The notes beneath the pieces are model-generated. The model saw only the letters and a program-made list of their open reading frames with translations. It had not been told where the DNA came from and ran no database searches. Made by a program: the position numbers and the translations under genes. A stretch of 64,000 bases of DNA from positions 19,849 through 83,848 of the forward strand of contig DATIIB010000001.1 in the NCBI GenBank assembly GCA_035480055.1. Reading direction: 5' to 3'. The stretch comes from Candidatus Saccharimonadales bacterium (GTDB taxonomy: Bacteria; Patescibacteriota; Saccharimonadia; Saccharimonadales; DASZAF01). Shown piece after piece: positions 53,681 through 62,509 of this stretch; within the stretch, counting starts at the first letter, position 1, and each line of letters opens with the position of its first letter.

Positions 53681-53720
53681 CCAAAGAAAAAGACCCACCT
53701 GAGTGAGTCTTTTTCTTTGG
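53681..53720. terminator. 14-bp perfect hairpin between the GH18 gene and tRNA-fMet (bidirectional terminator candidate)
   Basis: CCAAAGAAAAAGAC-N12-GTCTTTTTCTTTGG. The right arm overlaps the encoded CCA end of the minus-strand tRNA. Confidence 0.5.
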
Positions 53721-53792
53721 TAGCGGGAGTAGGATTCGAACCTACGACCTCGTGGTTATGAGCCACGCGAGCTGCCGCTGCTCCATCCCGCG
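53718..53792 (-). tRNA. initiator tRNA-fMet (anticodon CAU), CCA encoded
   Basis: Reverse complement is CGCGGGA-TG-GAGC-AGCGGCA-GCTC-G-CGTGG-CTCATAA-CCACG-AGGTC-GTAGG-TTCGAAT-CCTAC-TCCCGCT-ACCA. Position 1 (C) is unpaired with 72 (U), the bacterial initiator hallmark. G:C pairs lie at the base of the anticodon loop. Confidence 0.85.
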
Positions 53793-53845
53793 ATAACACA
53801 TTACAGGAAATGCTTTACCAAGTATAGCAACTGCCTGCAGGCTCG

Positions 53846-54256
53846 TCAACTCTGTGCCGGATGCTTGCCAAAGAGGAAAAACAGCCATTGCTGGAAGTTG
53901 CTGCGAGCTGGCGCTGCCGAGGGCGGAATCGTGGCCAGCGTTGAAGTACTGTCTTGCTCATACGGACTTGGCGGCACCACCAACACTTTCTCGTCCGGAG
54001 CTGCAAGGTTGAGGTTAGCACGCGCAGCCAGCTCAGCAAATTCTTGGGTTTTGTAATACGCGATGCGATACTCCTGGGTTTTGTTCTCCAGATCGGTTAA
54101 AGCATTCTGTTGGCGCAGTTCATCAACCTGTTGTTGAAACTGGAAGTTCGTCTGCATCACCCCTACCGTGCTCCATGCCCACGACAGCGCAATCACTACC
54201 GCGAGCAACGGCAGCGCAGTATCAAGCGTGAGGTAAGAACGAATTTTGCGGTACAT
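53846..54256 (-). CDS. septum formation initiator family protein (FtsB/DivIC-like)
   Basis: 136 aa. One N-terminal TM followed by a coiled coil (QQQVDELRQQNALTDLENKTQEYRIAYYKTQEF.E..AR..L.L..P.E.V). Confidence 0.6.
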   Translation of the reverse strand: MYRKIRSYLTLDTALPLLAVVIALSWAWSTVGVMQTNFQFQQQVDELRQQNALTDLENKTQEYRIAYYKTQEFAELAARANLNLAAPDEKVLVVPPSPYEQDSTSTLATIPPSAAPARSNFQQWLFFLFGKHPAQS

Positions 54257-54351
54257 GTGTGTGTTTTAGTGGTTTATGGTTTTATTATACACCACCAGTG
54301 GTCAACAGAGCAGCTTTCGGCTATACTTGCACTATTCCATCCAGGAAATTT

Positions 54352-54427
54352 GGGGCCATAGCTCAGTGGTCAGAGCAGGCGGCTCATAACCGCTTGGTCG
54401 CTGGTTCAAATCCAGCTGGCCCCACCA
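54352..54427 (+). tRNA. tRNA-Ile2 candidate (anticodon CAU, lysidine-modified), CCA encoded
   Basis: GGGGCCA-TA-GCTC-AGTGGTCA-GAGC-A-GGCGG-CTCATAA-CCGCT-TGGTC-GCTGG-TTCAAAT-CCAGC-TGGCCCC-ACCA. The anticodon, variable and T-arm regions are almost identical to E. coli ileX as I remember it. tilS is present in the window. Confidence 0.7.
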
Positions 54428-54476
54428 AAATTATTTGTGGTACCATTAGATACATAAGCGTGAAAGAGAATTCTGT

Positions 54477-54743
54477 ATGATGCAAATCACAGACGTCCAT
54501 TTTGAAGGCGGTAATCAGCATCAAAATATTACCGAACTCAAGTGGCTCAACACCGACACTGGAGTAACTGGCACGTCGCCAATTGAAGAAATGATCGCCT
54601 ATGTGCGGCAATATCCAGGCTCAGTATTTGTGGAAGGGCCAATGCGGTCATGGCTCGGAGTTGTCACTGCACAACCTGAGTATCTGCAAACATACACCGA
54701 TGGCGCCTGGACGAATGACCTTTTGACGCTGCCCCAATACTAG
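54477..54743 (+). CDS. DUF3892 domain protein
   Basis: 88 aa. ITDVHFEGG..H..ITELKW.....G.....S...MI.YV......VFV.......L.VV......YLQTYTDG.WTNDLL.LP fits the DUF3892 pattern as I recall it. Confidence 0.6.
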   Translation: MMQITDVHFEGGNQHQNITELKWLNTDTGVTGTSPIEEMIAYVRQYPGSVFVEGPMRSWLGVVTAQPEYLQTYTDGAWTNDLLTLPQY

Positions 54744-54761
54744 TCGTCTATAACTTTTGAA

Positions 54762-56330
54762 CTAGCCTTCCGACTCCTTATCTTCGCTGAGCAAAGCCAT
54801 CAAAACCCCGTTGGTCCACCCGAATCCGTCCTGCAGTTCGTACTCACCGCCACCGCCATATTCGTTCGGGGCGACCACGTTATATTTTTCAACCAGCTTA
54901 CCTTCTTTTTTAAAGACCTCAACGTTGGTGGTGATCCACCGCTTTTTGATTTCATCAGCGAGCTCAGCATGACCGTAATTGCGTAACCCTTTAATAACTA
55001 CCCAATGCAACGGCGCCCAACCATTTGGCGAATCCCACTGCTCACCAGTAGCGGCAAGAGTCGCCACCAAGCCGCCGGGCTTAAGGAACTTTTCTTTGAT
55101 CATCTTGGCCACCGCATCGGCCTGCGCTTGCGTGGCAATGCCCACGTACAAGGGGAATGCAGCGGCCAGCGAATAACACGCCGTGTGCTCGCCCGCAATA
55201 AAGTCATAGTCAAAAAAGAACTGCTTTTCTTCGCTCCAAAAATACTTTTGGATGGCTTCAATTCGTCGTTGGGCACGTTTTTGCCAGATCTTGGCCAGCT
55301 TGCCTTGCTTTAACATGGTACAAATTTCGGCAATGGTTTGGGCTTCATGCACCAACAGGCAGTTGAGGTCGACCTGCAGAATGTCGGTAGTGTGAATGGT
55401 CTTCAGATTTTTGCCATCTTTGAACCAGCGAGAGCTAAAGTCCCAGCCTGATTCTGCAGCAGCCCGCAGATCCACATACACTTTACTCGGAACTCGGTCG
55501 CTGGCTTTGAGCGCGGTATCAACATCTTCTTTGTACGATTCTGGACGCGGCGTCCGCTTGTTGTCGTAATACCGACTGAGAATCGTTCCATCGGACAGCC
55601 GCACCGTGCGACGATACGCAGGCTTGTCTTCAGAAAGCTCTGAAGCTTTTCTGGTCCAAAAACGATACTCGCTGATCAGATATGGCAAGTACCGTACATA
55701 CACCGCCTTGCCTTCTTTGCGAGCCAACAATTTGAGCATGTGCGAAAAAAACGGTGGCTGCGAACGACCCACATAGTATGTACGGTTGGCTTGGATAATA
55801 TAGCCATACTTGCGAATCATAAAGGCGTAATTCTTGAGCATCCCCTCAATCAAATCGTAGCGATTAGAGGCCGCCAGCCCCAGCATGGTAAAGTAACTAT
55901 CCCAATACCACTGAGCACCAAAGCGTCCCCCGGGCACAACATAGGGGTACGGTAAGGCTGTGAGCGAACCCTTGTTGGTGTACGCTTGGCGAGTAAGCAC
56001 GTTCCATAGCTCATTAATGTGCTGCTCCACGGTGTGCTTTGGGTTAGTTTTGTACACTCCCGAGGTATGCTCAAGGTAGTCTTTAAAATATTGACTGACG
56101 AATTTATGCAGGTCAAAATCGGGCCGCTGTCGCTGTTGCTCATAGGCCAAAAGAACTTTACGCAAGCGATTCGCTGGCACCATGTCGACAAAAGTCATGC
56201 CGTCTGGAAAGACACGGCGTAATTGGACGTCCTGAAAAAGCTCGCCCAACAGTTCGTCGGGAGAAGACTTAGGCGGTGGAACTACTCCTGTTCCAATAAA
56301 AGCGGAGCGGATTCTGCTGAATATCGACAT
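54762..56330 (-). CDS. alpha,alpha-trehalase (GH37)
   Basis: Trehalase signature 1 PGGRFGAQWYWDSYF and signature 2 QWDSPNGWAPL are present. The start is set at the ATG at 56330 (MSIFSRI). The track start at 56384 is a GTG. Confidence 0.9.
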   Translation of the reverse strand: MSIFSRIRSAFIGTGVVPPPKSSPDELLGELFQDVQLRRVFPDGMTFVDMVPANRLRKVLLAYEQQRQRPDFDLHKFVSQYFKDYLEHTSGVYKTNPKHTVEQHINELWNVLTRQAYTNKGSLTALPYPYVVPGGRFGAQWYWDSYFTMLGLAASNRYDLIEGMLKNYAFMIRKYGYIIQANRTYYVGRSQPPFFSHMLKLLARKEGKAVYVRYLPYLISEYRFWTRKASELSEDKPAYRRTVRLSDGTILSRYYDNKRTPRPESYKEDVDTALKASDRVPSKVYVDLRAAAESGWDFSSRWFKDGKNLKTIHTTDILQVDLNCLLVHEAQTIAEICTMLKQGKLAKIWQKRAQRRIEAIQKYFWSEEKQFFFDYDFIAGEHTACYSLAAAFPLYVGIATQAQADAVAKMIKEKFLKPGGLVATLAATGEQWDSPNGWAPLHWVVIKGLRNYGHAELADEIKKRWITTNVEVFKKEGKLVEKYNVVAPNEYGGGGEYELQDGFGWTNGVLMALLSEDKESEG

Positions 56331-56446
56331 ATGACCTTTTCTTATTTTTTGCGCACGGCGACTATCATTGCTTATACAATACACTAGCCATCAGGCAGTT
56401 GACAACAGATACCAGCTGTGACATAAATACGGGGTACCTATTGCAT

Positions 56447-56523
56447 GGATCCGTAGCTCAGTTGGCTAGAGCGCCGCCTTCACACGGCGGAGGTCACAGG
56501 TTCGAGTCCTGTCGGATCCACCA
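56447..56523 (+). tRNA. tRNA-Val (anticodon CAC), CCA encoded
   Basis: GGATCCG-TA-GCTC-AGTTGGCTA-GAGC-G-CCGCC-TTCACAC-GGCGG-AGGTC-ACAGG-TTCGAGT-CCTGT-CGGATCC-ACCA. Confidence 0.93.
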
Positions 56524-56577
56524 ACGTAACATTCGTTTTTTCAGACCTCAAGGACACTTAAATTCGCCGGCATCCGC

Positions 56578-57195
56578 TTATTTCCGATTGGCTCTCGATT
56601 GAGCAAGGGTGGGCGCTACCAACTCCAGAGGGTAGATACGCTCTCCATCAATGGTGGCAAAGGTCTGGCTTAAAGCAAAGCGCAGGTCAGGTCCGCCGAT
56701 TCGTGGATGAGGAGTCTCCTGATTTTCGTAATCGTTCCAGTTTCCATAGTTGTGTTCGTATTTTACTTCGCCATAGGCCGTCTGAAAGATGGTTGGTGAT
56801 CGACGATCTTCCTGAGGTGTCATTTGGGCCTCGGTTACTGAAAAAACTTCAGCATCTGCGCCCTCTTCCAGTCCAACCACTCTTCCTAGGAACATCATCG
56901 AATCTGGAGCTCCCTCATCTTCGGGCATTGTGCCATCGATAGTTACCAAGTGGCCGTCTTCGGTTACTCCTTCAATTGCCGACGCATACAGCCAAGGTAA
57001 ATGACTGCCATCTGCAACTTTTTCCCGATACACCTCGTCAATCGCTTCACGCGACTGCGTCACCACTTCTTCAAGATGAGCAAATTCTGGACCCTCTGGT
57101 GAAAATCTTTCTTTCAAGGCCTCTACTTGTTGAGTGATGAGTGCTGCCTCAGCATTTCGTTGTTCTTCAGGATTTGTTGGTTCATTTGGATTCAT
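56578..57195 (-). CDS. hypothetical protein
   Basis: 205-aa acidic ORF filling the gap between tRNA-Val and the next gene. No motif recognised. Confidence 0.45.
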   Translation of the reverse strand: MNPNEPTNPEEQRNAEAALITQQVEALKERFSPEGPEFAHLEEVVTQSREAIDEVYREKVADGSHLPWLYASAIEGVTEDGHLVTIDGTMPEDEGAPDSMMFLGRVVGLEEGADAEVFSVTEAQMTPQEDRRSPTIFQTAYGEVKYEHNYGNWNDYENQETPHPRIGGPDLRFALSQTFATIDGERIYPLELVAPTLAQSRANRK

Positions 57196-57220
57196 GGCTC
57201 AACTATACAAGTAAGCATCT

Positions 57221-57535
57221 ATGCTCGCAATCTCGACAGTGTATACTACGAATATGATAGGGAATGCCGAAGCTAGAGATCCACTCCTTCACATTCCTGG
57301 TATCGGCAAAAGCCTTGCGGCCGATTTGCAATTGCTTGGTGTGGACACTGTGGAGGATCTAAAAGATAAAAACCCTCAAGAATTGTATCAGCGCCTCTGC
57401 GAGCTTACCCACAGTCAGCAAGATCCTTGTGTATTGTACGCATTCCGCTGTGCAGTTTATTTTGCGTCAGGTGCACGGGACCCACAAAAATTACAGTGGT
57501 GGTATTGGAAGCACGATCGCATTAACGAAGGTTAA
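57221..57535 (+). CDS. helix-hairpin-helix domain protein (Cdd1/'pathogenicity locus'-like)
   Basis: LLHIPGIGKSLAADLQLLGV.TVEDL....P.ELY.RLC is an HhH motif. The ATG at 57254 is an alternative start. Confidence 0.6.
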   Translation: MLAISTVYTTNMIGNAEARDPLLHIPGIGKSLAADLQLLGVDTVEDLKDKNPQELYQRLCELTHSQQDPCVLYAFRCAVYFASGARDPQKLQWWYWKHDRINEG

Positions 57536-59340
57536 AACAAGCTGGTCTGAGCGCGCTTGGCGCGTCGCTTCCCAAGCTGACGTGCCTGCTGCGTCATTTC
57601 TGGGTCGCTGTATCGCGGCAAAATTGTCTCAGGAATCGCAGCTGCGAATTGCAAAAGAGCGCTCGGCCTTCCAGCGCGAGTTTTGGTGTGCATAATATCT
57701 AGCTTCTCCTTTGCACGAGTGACCGCCACATAGAAGAGTCGTTTTTCTTCGTTAAGAGACGAGCGTGAGGGCAACTGGGTTTCTTCGGCCCCGATTATAA
57801 AGACGTGCCGGAATTCCAAACCTTTGGCAGCATGAATGGTCAGCAACGTGACTGCATTGGCCTGGGGATCATAAAAGCCTTGTTCGGCAATCGCTTCGAC
57901 ATGTTCCAAAAATGCGGCAGCACCTAATGCATCAAAACGAAGTAAACTGTTCATGAATTGGCGCAGGTCTTGGGTGATTGGCAATCCAGCAGCCGTGGCA
58001 ATAGCTGCCGCGAGCTTACTTAACGGAAGAGTTGCGCTGGATTGTAACACTTCGAGCTGCGTTTGCCACTGGGCCTGCGAAAACCCTTTAGGCGGTTCAG
58101 GTGGCGCGTCTTGTAGCAGCGAGCGCAGAGCGGCGACAATCGCTGCTACCTCTGGTTGGTCATAGGGCGACCCCTCGCCTACCACCTGATACGGCAGCCC
58201 GCTTTGGGCAAAGGCTCGCTGCACTGTTTTTGCTCCATAATGCGTCCGGTAGAGCACGGCAAAATCTTGGAATTGACAATGCAGGTCACTCTGCCCTACA
58301 TTATGGCTGCGCAAGAAGTCGGTACCTCCCAGTTGCTGTTCGATCTGAGTGATGATCCACTGGGCTTCACTATATTCGTTCAGCACCTGAACCGTTCGGA
58401 CGGTACCGGCTTGGCGCGCAGCAGCCTGCAGGTTTGGCTCATTGGTAAAAAGTGCGTTCGACAAAGCCACCACTTCTGGTACCGAACGGTAGTTTGTGGT
58501 GAGTGCAATCTGTTGATGCGCCGGAAAGTCAGTTTTAAAGCGCTCAAAAATATCACTACTCGCGCCCCGAAAGCCGTAGATTGATTGCAGCGGATCGCCA
58601 ATCACGCATACGTTATCGTTGGTTCTGAGCAGTTGCAACAGTTGATACTGCAATACGTTAGTATCTTGAAACTCATCGACCAAAATATAACGATACGGTA
58701 AAGCATGACCTTTACTAAGTTTGGCGTGTGCGTGACGAAGCAAGTCGTCAAAATCCGATACTCCTTGTTCATTAAGGGCATGGTTGTAAGTTGTTACCAA
58801 CTTAGCAATCGCCTCGTCGGCAATCATCTCCCCGATCGGCAAGTTCTTGGCACGCGAGATGTGCAGGCCAAGCTCGCGAGTGGTGAGCGCTTTGAGATCT
58901 GCCGTTTTGCGGAGACGAGCAATAAGTGCAATGCGCTGCGGCTCTGTAATGAAGGTCACAGAGTGCGACGCCTGCCTGTTCTGCCCCTCAGTCCTATGGT
59001 TACTCCCGCCCTTGACCATATGGAGGGTAGAGTTCAGAGGGGCAGAATCGGCAGGCCCGTAAAGTAGTTCATAGCAGAGCGCATGAAAAGTAGTAATATG
59101 GGGAGTCCTGCGCATCTCTTTCTTCACTCGGATCCGCATTTCTTCGGCTGTTTTCTTGGTAAATGTGAGCGCTAAAATTGCTTCAGGAGGGATCCCTTTT
59201 TCGCAGAGATATGTCATTCTGGCGATGAGCGTTTTGGTTTTGCCCGTGCCTGGGCCAGCCACAATTAGCAGCGGCCCTGTTATTGTTTGTGCCGCACGCC
59301 GTTGGTCGGCATTAAGAGAATCCAAACTCATACTCTTCAC
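57532..59340 (-). CDS. UvrD/PcrA/Rep-family SF1 DNA helicase (compact, 602 aa)
   Basis: LN..Q..A......GPLLIVAGPGTGKTKTL, ILVDEFQDTN, GDPLQSIYGFRGA, TIHAAKGLEF and LFYVAVTRAK. Confidence 0.9.
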   Translation of the reverse strand: MKSMSLDSLNADQRRAAQTITGPLLIVAGPGTGKTKTLIARMTYLCEKGIPPEAILALTFTKKTAEEMRIRVKKEMRRTPHITTFHALCYELLYGPADSAPLNSTLHMVKGGSNHRTEGQNRQASHSVTFITEPQRIALIARLRKTADLKALTTRELGLHISRAKNLPIGEMIADEAIAKLVTTYNHALNEQGVSDFDDLLRHAHAKLSKGHALPYRYILVDEFQDTNVLQYQLLQLLRTNDNVCVIGDPLQSIYGFRGASSDIFERFKTDFPAHQQIALTTNYRSVPEVVALSNALFTNEPNLQAAARQAGTVRTVQVLNEYSEAQWIITQIEQQLGGTDFLRSHNVGQSDLHCQFQDFAVLYRTHYGAKTVQRAFAQSGLPYQVVGEGSPYDQPEVAAIVAALRSLLQDAPPEPPKGFSQAQWQTQLEVLQSSATLPLSKLAAAIATAAGLPITQDLRQFMNSLLRFDALGAAAFLEHVEAIAEQGFYDPQANAVTLLTIHAAKGLEFRHVFIIGAEETQLPSRSSLNEEKRLFYVAVTRAKEKLDIMHTKTRAGRPSALLQFAAAIPETILPRYSDPEMTQQARQLGKRRAKRAQTSLF

Positions 59341-59371
59341 TATAGCAAGGCTGCAGAGTATAGTAGTGACG

Positions 59372-60001
59372 ATGAACTCTTCAAAACCAATGATTTTATT
59401 TGTTGCAGGCTATGCAGGCTCTGGGAAAACCATGGTGGGCAAGATCATTGCCAGCAAATTGCACGCCTCTTACATCGACAAAGATACTTTATACCGACGC
59501 ATCATCGAAAAATCGCTCGAACTGACTACTGGAAATCCTTACAACTACACGAGTGATTTCTATAACCAAAACTTTAAGCGTCTTGAGTATGAAGGAATGC
59601 TTGATACTGCTATCGAAAATGCCAAGCTCAATCCACGAGTGGTAGTTACTGGCCCGTTTACTCATTCGCCAGGATCAGCCTCTTTTAGAGATTCCGAATG
59701 GACGAACGAGATAAGTCAAAAATGTAAAAAGATTGGTGCCGACTGGCATGCGGTCTGGGTATTTTCATCTAACGATGCGATCAGAAAGATGTTGGAGCTA
59801 CGCAAAGCGCCGCGCGATGATTGGAAACTCGCTCATTGGGAAGAATACACAACTAAGTACCGTATGAACAAGGACGACCTGACACTACCTTTCCCCAACC
59901 ATACCATCATCCGCAATGATGGTCGTAACCTTCGGGAGATTGAAGCCGACGTCAACGCCATGCTTGCCAAGTTAGGACTTACAATAGCGCAAGCTGATTA
60001 A
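59372..60001 (+). CDS. P-loop NTPase / small-molecule-kinase-like (AAA_33/zeta-toxin-like) protein
   Basis: Walker A ILFVAGYAGSGKTMVGK followed by YIDKD. The start is set at the ATG at 59372, because the track start lies inside the helicase gene. The 3' end overlaps the convergent EndoQ-like gene by 23 nt. Confidence 0.6.
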   Translation: MNSSKPMILFVAGYAGSGKTMVGKIIASKLHASYIDKDTLYRRIIEKSLELTTGNPYNYTSDFYNQNFKRLEYEGMLDTAIENAKLNPRVVVTGPFTHSPGSASFRDSEWTNEISQKCKKIGADWHAVWVFSSNDAIRKMLELRKAPRDDWKLAHWEEYTTKYRMNKDDLTLPFPNHTIIRNDGRNLREIEADVNAMLAKLGLTIAQAD

Positions 60002-61265
60002 GTGTCTGCAGACGTTCGTCGCCATCTTTAAAGACTTTGATCGTTCCAAAAACACCATCAAAACCCGGATCACGGTAGACTTCGCCGGCTCGCATTCGCT
60101 CAATAGCTAGCGCGGTTGATTGAGAATGTGTCCGGATCTGCTCAATAGGCAGTTTTCGTAAAAGATCAAACTCGCTTCCCAGCGCCGCAATCAACCGTTC
60201 GTACTCGGCAAGCACTGCTTTACCCGTGGTCGATTTTACCCCGCGCAGTTCAGCAAGTATTTCAATCAGCGGCACGATGTACTCAACCTGCTTGGAGGGT
60301 TGCTGTCCAGGAGGAAGATCAGCCAATTCATCAACCCGATAGTTAACGCCAACCACTAATGGCTTGCCACATTTAGGACATATACCCGCATATGCTTTGG
60401 TTTCTTCCGGCGTACAGCGAACATCGCAGGTGCGGTGACCGTCAGCATGGTACTTCCCTTCTTCAGGAAAAAATTCGATCGTGCCCACCAAACGCTCATC
60501 GTTTGTTTTAATTGCCCCAATAATACTCTCGTAACTAAGGTCTGCCTGCACCACTGTCGCTTCGCGGCCAAGTTTTTGAGGCGAATGGGCATCGGAATGA
60601 CTGGTGATAGTGATATTCTGCAATTGTGTGAGTCGTCGATTCATCTGCGGATCGCTCGAAAGGCCGGTCTCGATCGCGTAAATGTGTGGGGCGAGCTCTT
60701 CAAAAGCCTCGGCAATCGAATCGAAACCAGACTTGCTGCCAAACATCCCAAACCACGGCGTCCAAATATGCGCCAGAATAAACAGCGCTCGCGACTCAAC
60801 CTCCAATGCAATGCGCAGCAATTCTTTACTGTCGATGCCCAAAATTGGTCGGCCGTCTGCCTTTAGGTTGCCGATTCGCTCTAAACGAGCGTTCATTTCA
60901 CTGACCGCCGCAAAGCTTGGCATGATAATCAGTTGGTGGAGCTTTCGAACCCTGCCACCTTTGCTATAAATGGCGCTAATCTCCACGCTGGGTATAAACC
61001 GCAATAAGTTCTGGCTGACGGCGCCAGGCAATGTGGCATCAATCGAGGCAGCAATTGCGTCCTTTAGCTTAAAGAGGCCTTCTTCGGCAGGTTCTAATTT
61101 TTCTTGCAACTCTGCGAACCACTCAGGGTGAGTAAAATCGCCAGTGCCAATAATATTGATACCTTTTATTTTTCCCCATCGGTATAAGCCTTCGATATCG
61201 CTATTCTTACTTGTCGCCCGCGAGTAGTGAGAGTGGATGTGAAGATCAACAATCAGCTCCATCAA
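59979..61265 (-). CDS. Endonuclease Q family protein (PHP domain with zinc ribbon)
   Basis: VDLHIHSHYSRATS, GTGDFTHPEW, AHIWTPWFG, ETGLSSDP, SHSDAHSPQKLGRE, GKYH.DGH, CPKCGKPL and PGFDGVFG are colinear with archaeal EndoQ as I recall it. Confidence 0.75.
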   Translation of the reverse strand: MMELIVDLHIHSHYSRATSKNSDIEGLYRWGKIKGINIIGTGDFTHPEWFAELQEKLEPAEEGLFKLKDAIAASIDATLPGAVSQNLLRFIPSVEISAIYSKGGRVRKLHQLIIMPSFAAVSEMNARLERIGNLKADGRPILGIDSKELLRIALEVESRALFILAHIWTPWFGMFGSKSGFDSIAEAFEELAPHIYAIETGLSSDPQMNRRLTQLQNITITSHSDAHSPQKLGREATVVQADLSYESIIGAIKTNDERLVGTIEFFPEEGKYHADGHRTCDVRCTPEETKAYAGICPKCGKPLVVGVNYRVDELADLPPGQQPSKQVEYIVPLIEILAELRGVKSTTGKAVLAEYERLIAALGSEFDLLRKLPIEQIRTHSQSTALAIERMRAGEVYRDPGFDGVFGTIKVFKDGDERLQTLNQLALL

Positions 61266-61270
61266 GACTA

Positions 61271-62509
61271 CTACTCCCAGCGGAAGACGCGGAAGGCGAT
61301 GATGTAAATGATAATCATCCAGACGCCCATGACCGCCAGTTGCGAGCCAATGTCGAACAGGCCTTTACCCTCGGTGGCGATCAATCGGGCGCCATCAATC
61401 ACCGGCGTAAGCGGCATGAATGAAGTAATACTCTGCAACCAATGCGGCATGGCGTAGCGTGGGAAGAAAGTTCCAGAGAGAAACATCATCGGAAACACAA
61501 TAATGTTCGCAAGCGGTGCCACTTGCCGCTCGTTCTTTGCCCAGCCGCCAAGCGCGAGCCCAATACCTAAGATCATCACAATGCCAAACACCAGAAAAGC
61601 CGCAAGCTCAAAGTAATTTCCCACCACTTTGAGATGAAAAACTTCAATGGCCACAATAAACATCACGCCAAGCGACATCAACCCAACAACGGCATTGCCC
61701 AGCATGGTTGAAAGGAAGTACTGCCACACACGCAGTGGCGTGGTGTGCAATCGTCGCAAAATACCCATCTTTTTGAGCTCGGGAAAGACGTTCATTGGAC
61801 CAAAAATGCCCGCGCCCAAGATTGCAAAGCCCAGCAATCCCGTAAAAGTGTAGTCAAATTGCGAAAGGCTACGAGTATTGGTCTGTGCTGTGGTAATTGT
61901 AAAAGGCGTGTCAGTCTTTACCAGCTTGGTGTTGATCTCGCTAAATTCGGCCTGCAGCACCGAGGCTAATGTTTGCGCAGCTTGCTGATTGTTCTGAGTG
62001 TAGTGCACAATCGCTTGGCCAGATGGATACATCTTGTCTTTTTGAACCTGACCAAAATCTTGCGGTAACTCAATCGTGGCATCTAGCTCACCTCGCCCCA
62101 TTTTTTCGTCAGCCTGAGAAAAGGTGGTGATCTCTTTATTGACCTTAAAAGCTTTTTGATCGTCCATCTGCTTTACAAAATCTTGCGAAAATTGCGAATG
62201 TGACTCATTAATCACGGCCACATGAAACGACACGCCGCTGTTTTTGCCAAAGATTCCGCCAAAAACAAACAAGAAGATCAGCGGGAACATAAAGGTAAAA
62301 AAGAGCGCGGTACGATCTCGGAAGAGGCGCCGCATGTTAATCGTAAAGAACGCCCAAATGGTATAGAATTTGCGCTGCCATGGTTTTAGTGGCTTCCTAT
62401 GCTGCGCTGACGACTCTGCAGGCTTGTGTGTCTGGCGATATTTTCGCCAACCAATCCGCGCGAGTACAATTACCACTAGCAGAATAATCAGCACGATATT
62501 CTGTCTCAT
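61271..62509 (-). CDS. ABC-2 type transporter permease
   Basis: 412 aa. One N-terminal TM, a large extracytoplasmic loop and five C-terminal TMs, the typical ABC-2/YhaP-like layout. It overlaps the upstream ATPase gene by 4 nt. Confidence 0.75.
   Translation of the reverse strand: MRQNIVLIILLVVIVLARIGWRKYRQTHKPAESSAQHRKPLKPWQRKFYTIWAFFTINMRRLFRDRTALFFTFMFPLIFLFVFGGIFGKNSGVSFHVAVINESHSQFSQDFVKQMDDQKAFKVNKEITTFSQADEKMGRGELDATIELPQDFGQVQKDKMYPSGQAIVHYTQNNQQAAQTLASVLQAEFSEINTKLVKTDTPFTITTAQTNTRSLSQFDYTFTGLLGFAILGAGIFGPMNVFPELKKMGILRRLHTTPLRVWQYFLSTMLGNAVVGLMSLGVMFIVAIEVFHLKVVGNYFELAAFLVFGIVMILGIGLALGGWAKNERQVAPLANIIVFPMMFLSGTFFPRYAMPHWLQSITSFMPLTPVIDGARLIATEGKGLFDIGSQLAVMGVWMIIIYIIAFRVFRWE

Noticed and set aside
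53584-53799. ORFs covering tRNA genes (53584-53799; also 56399-56602 and 46684-46872)
   Set aside because: The sequences fold into canonical cloverleaf tRNAs (fMet, Val, Met), so the ORFs are incidental.
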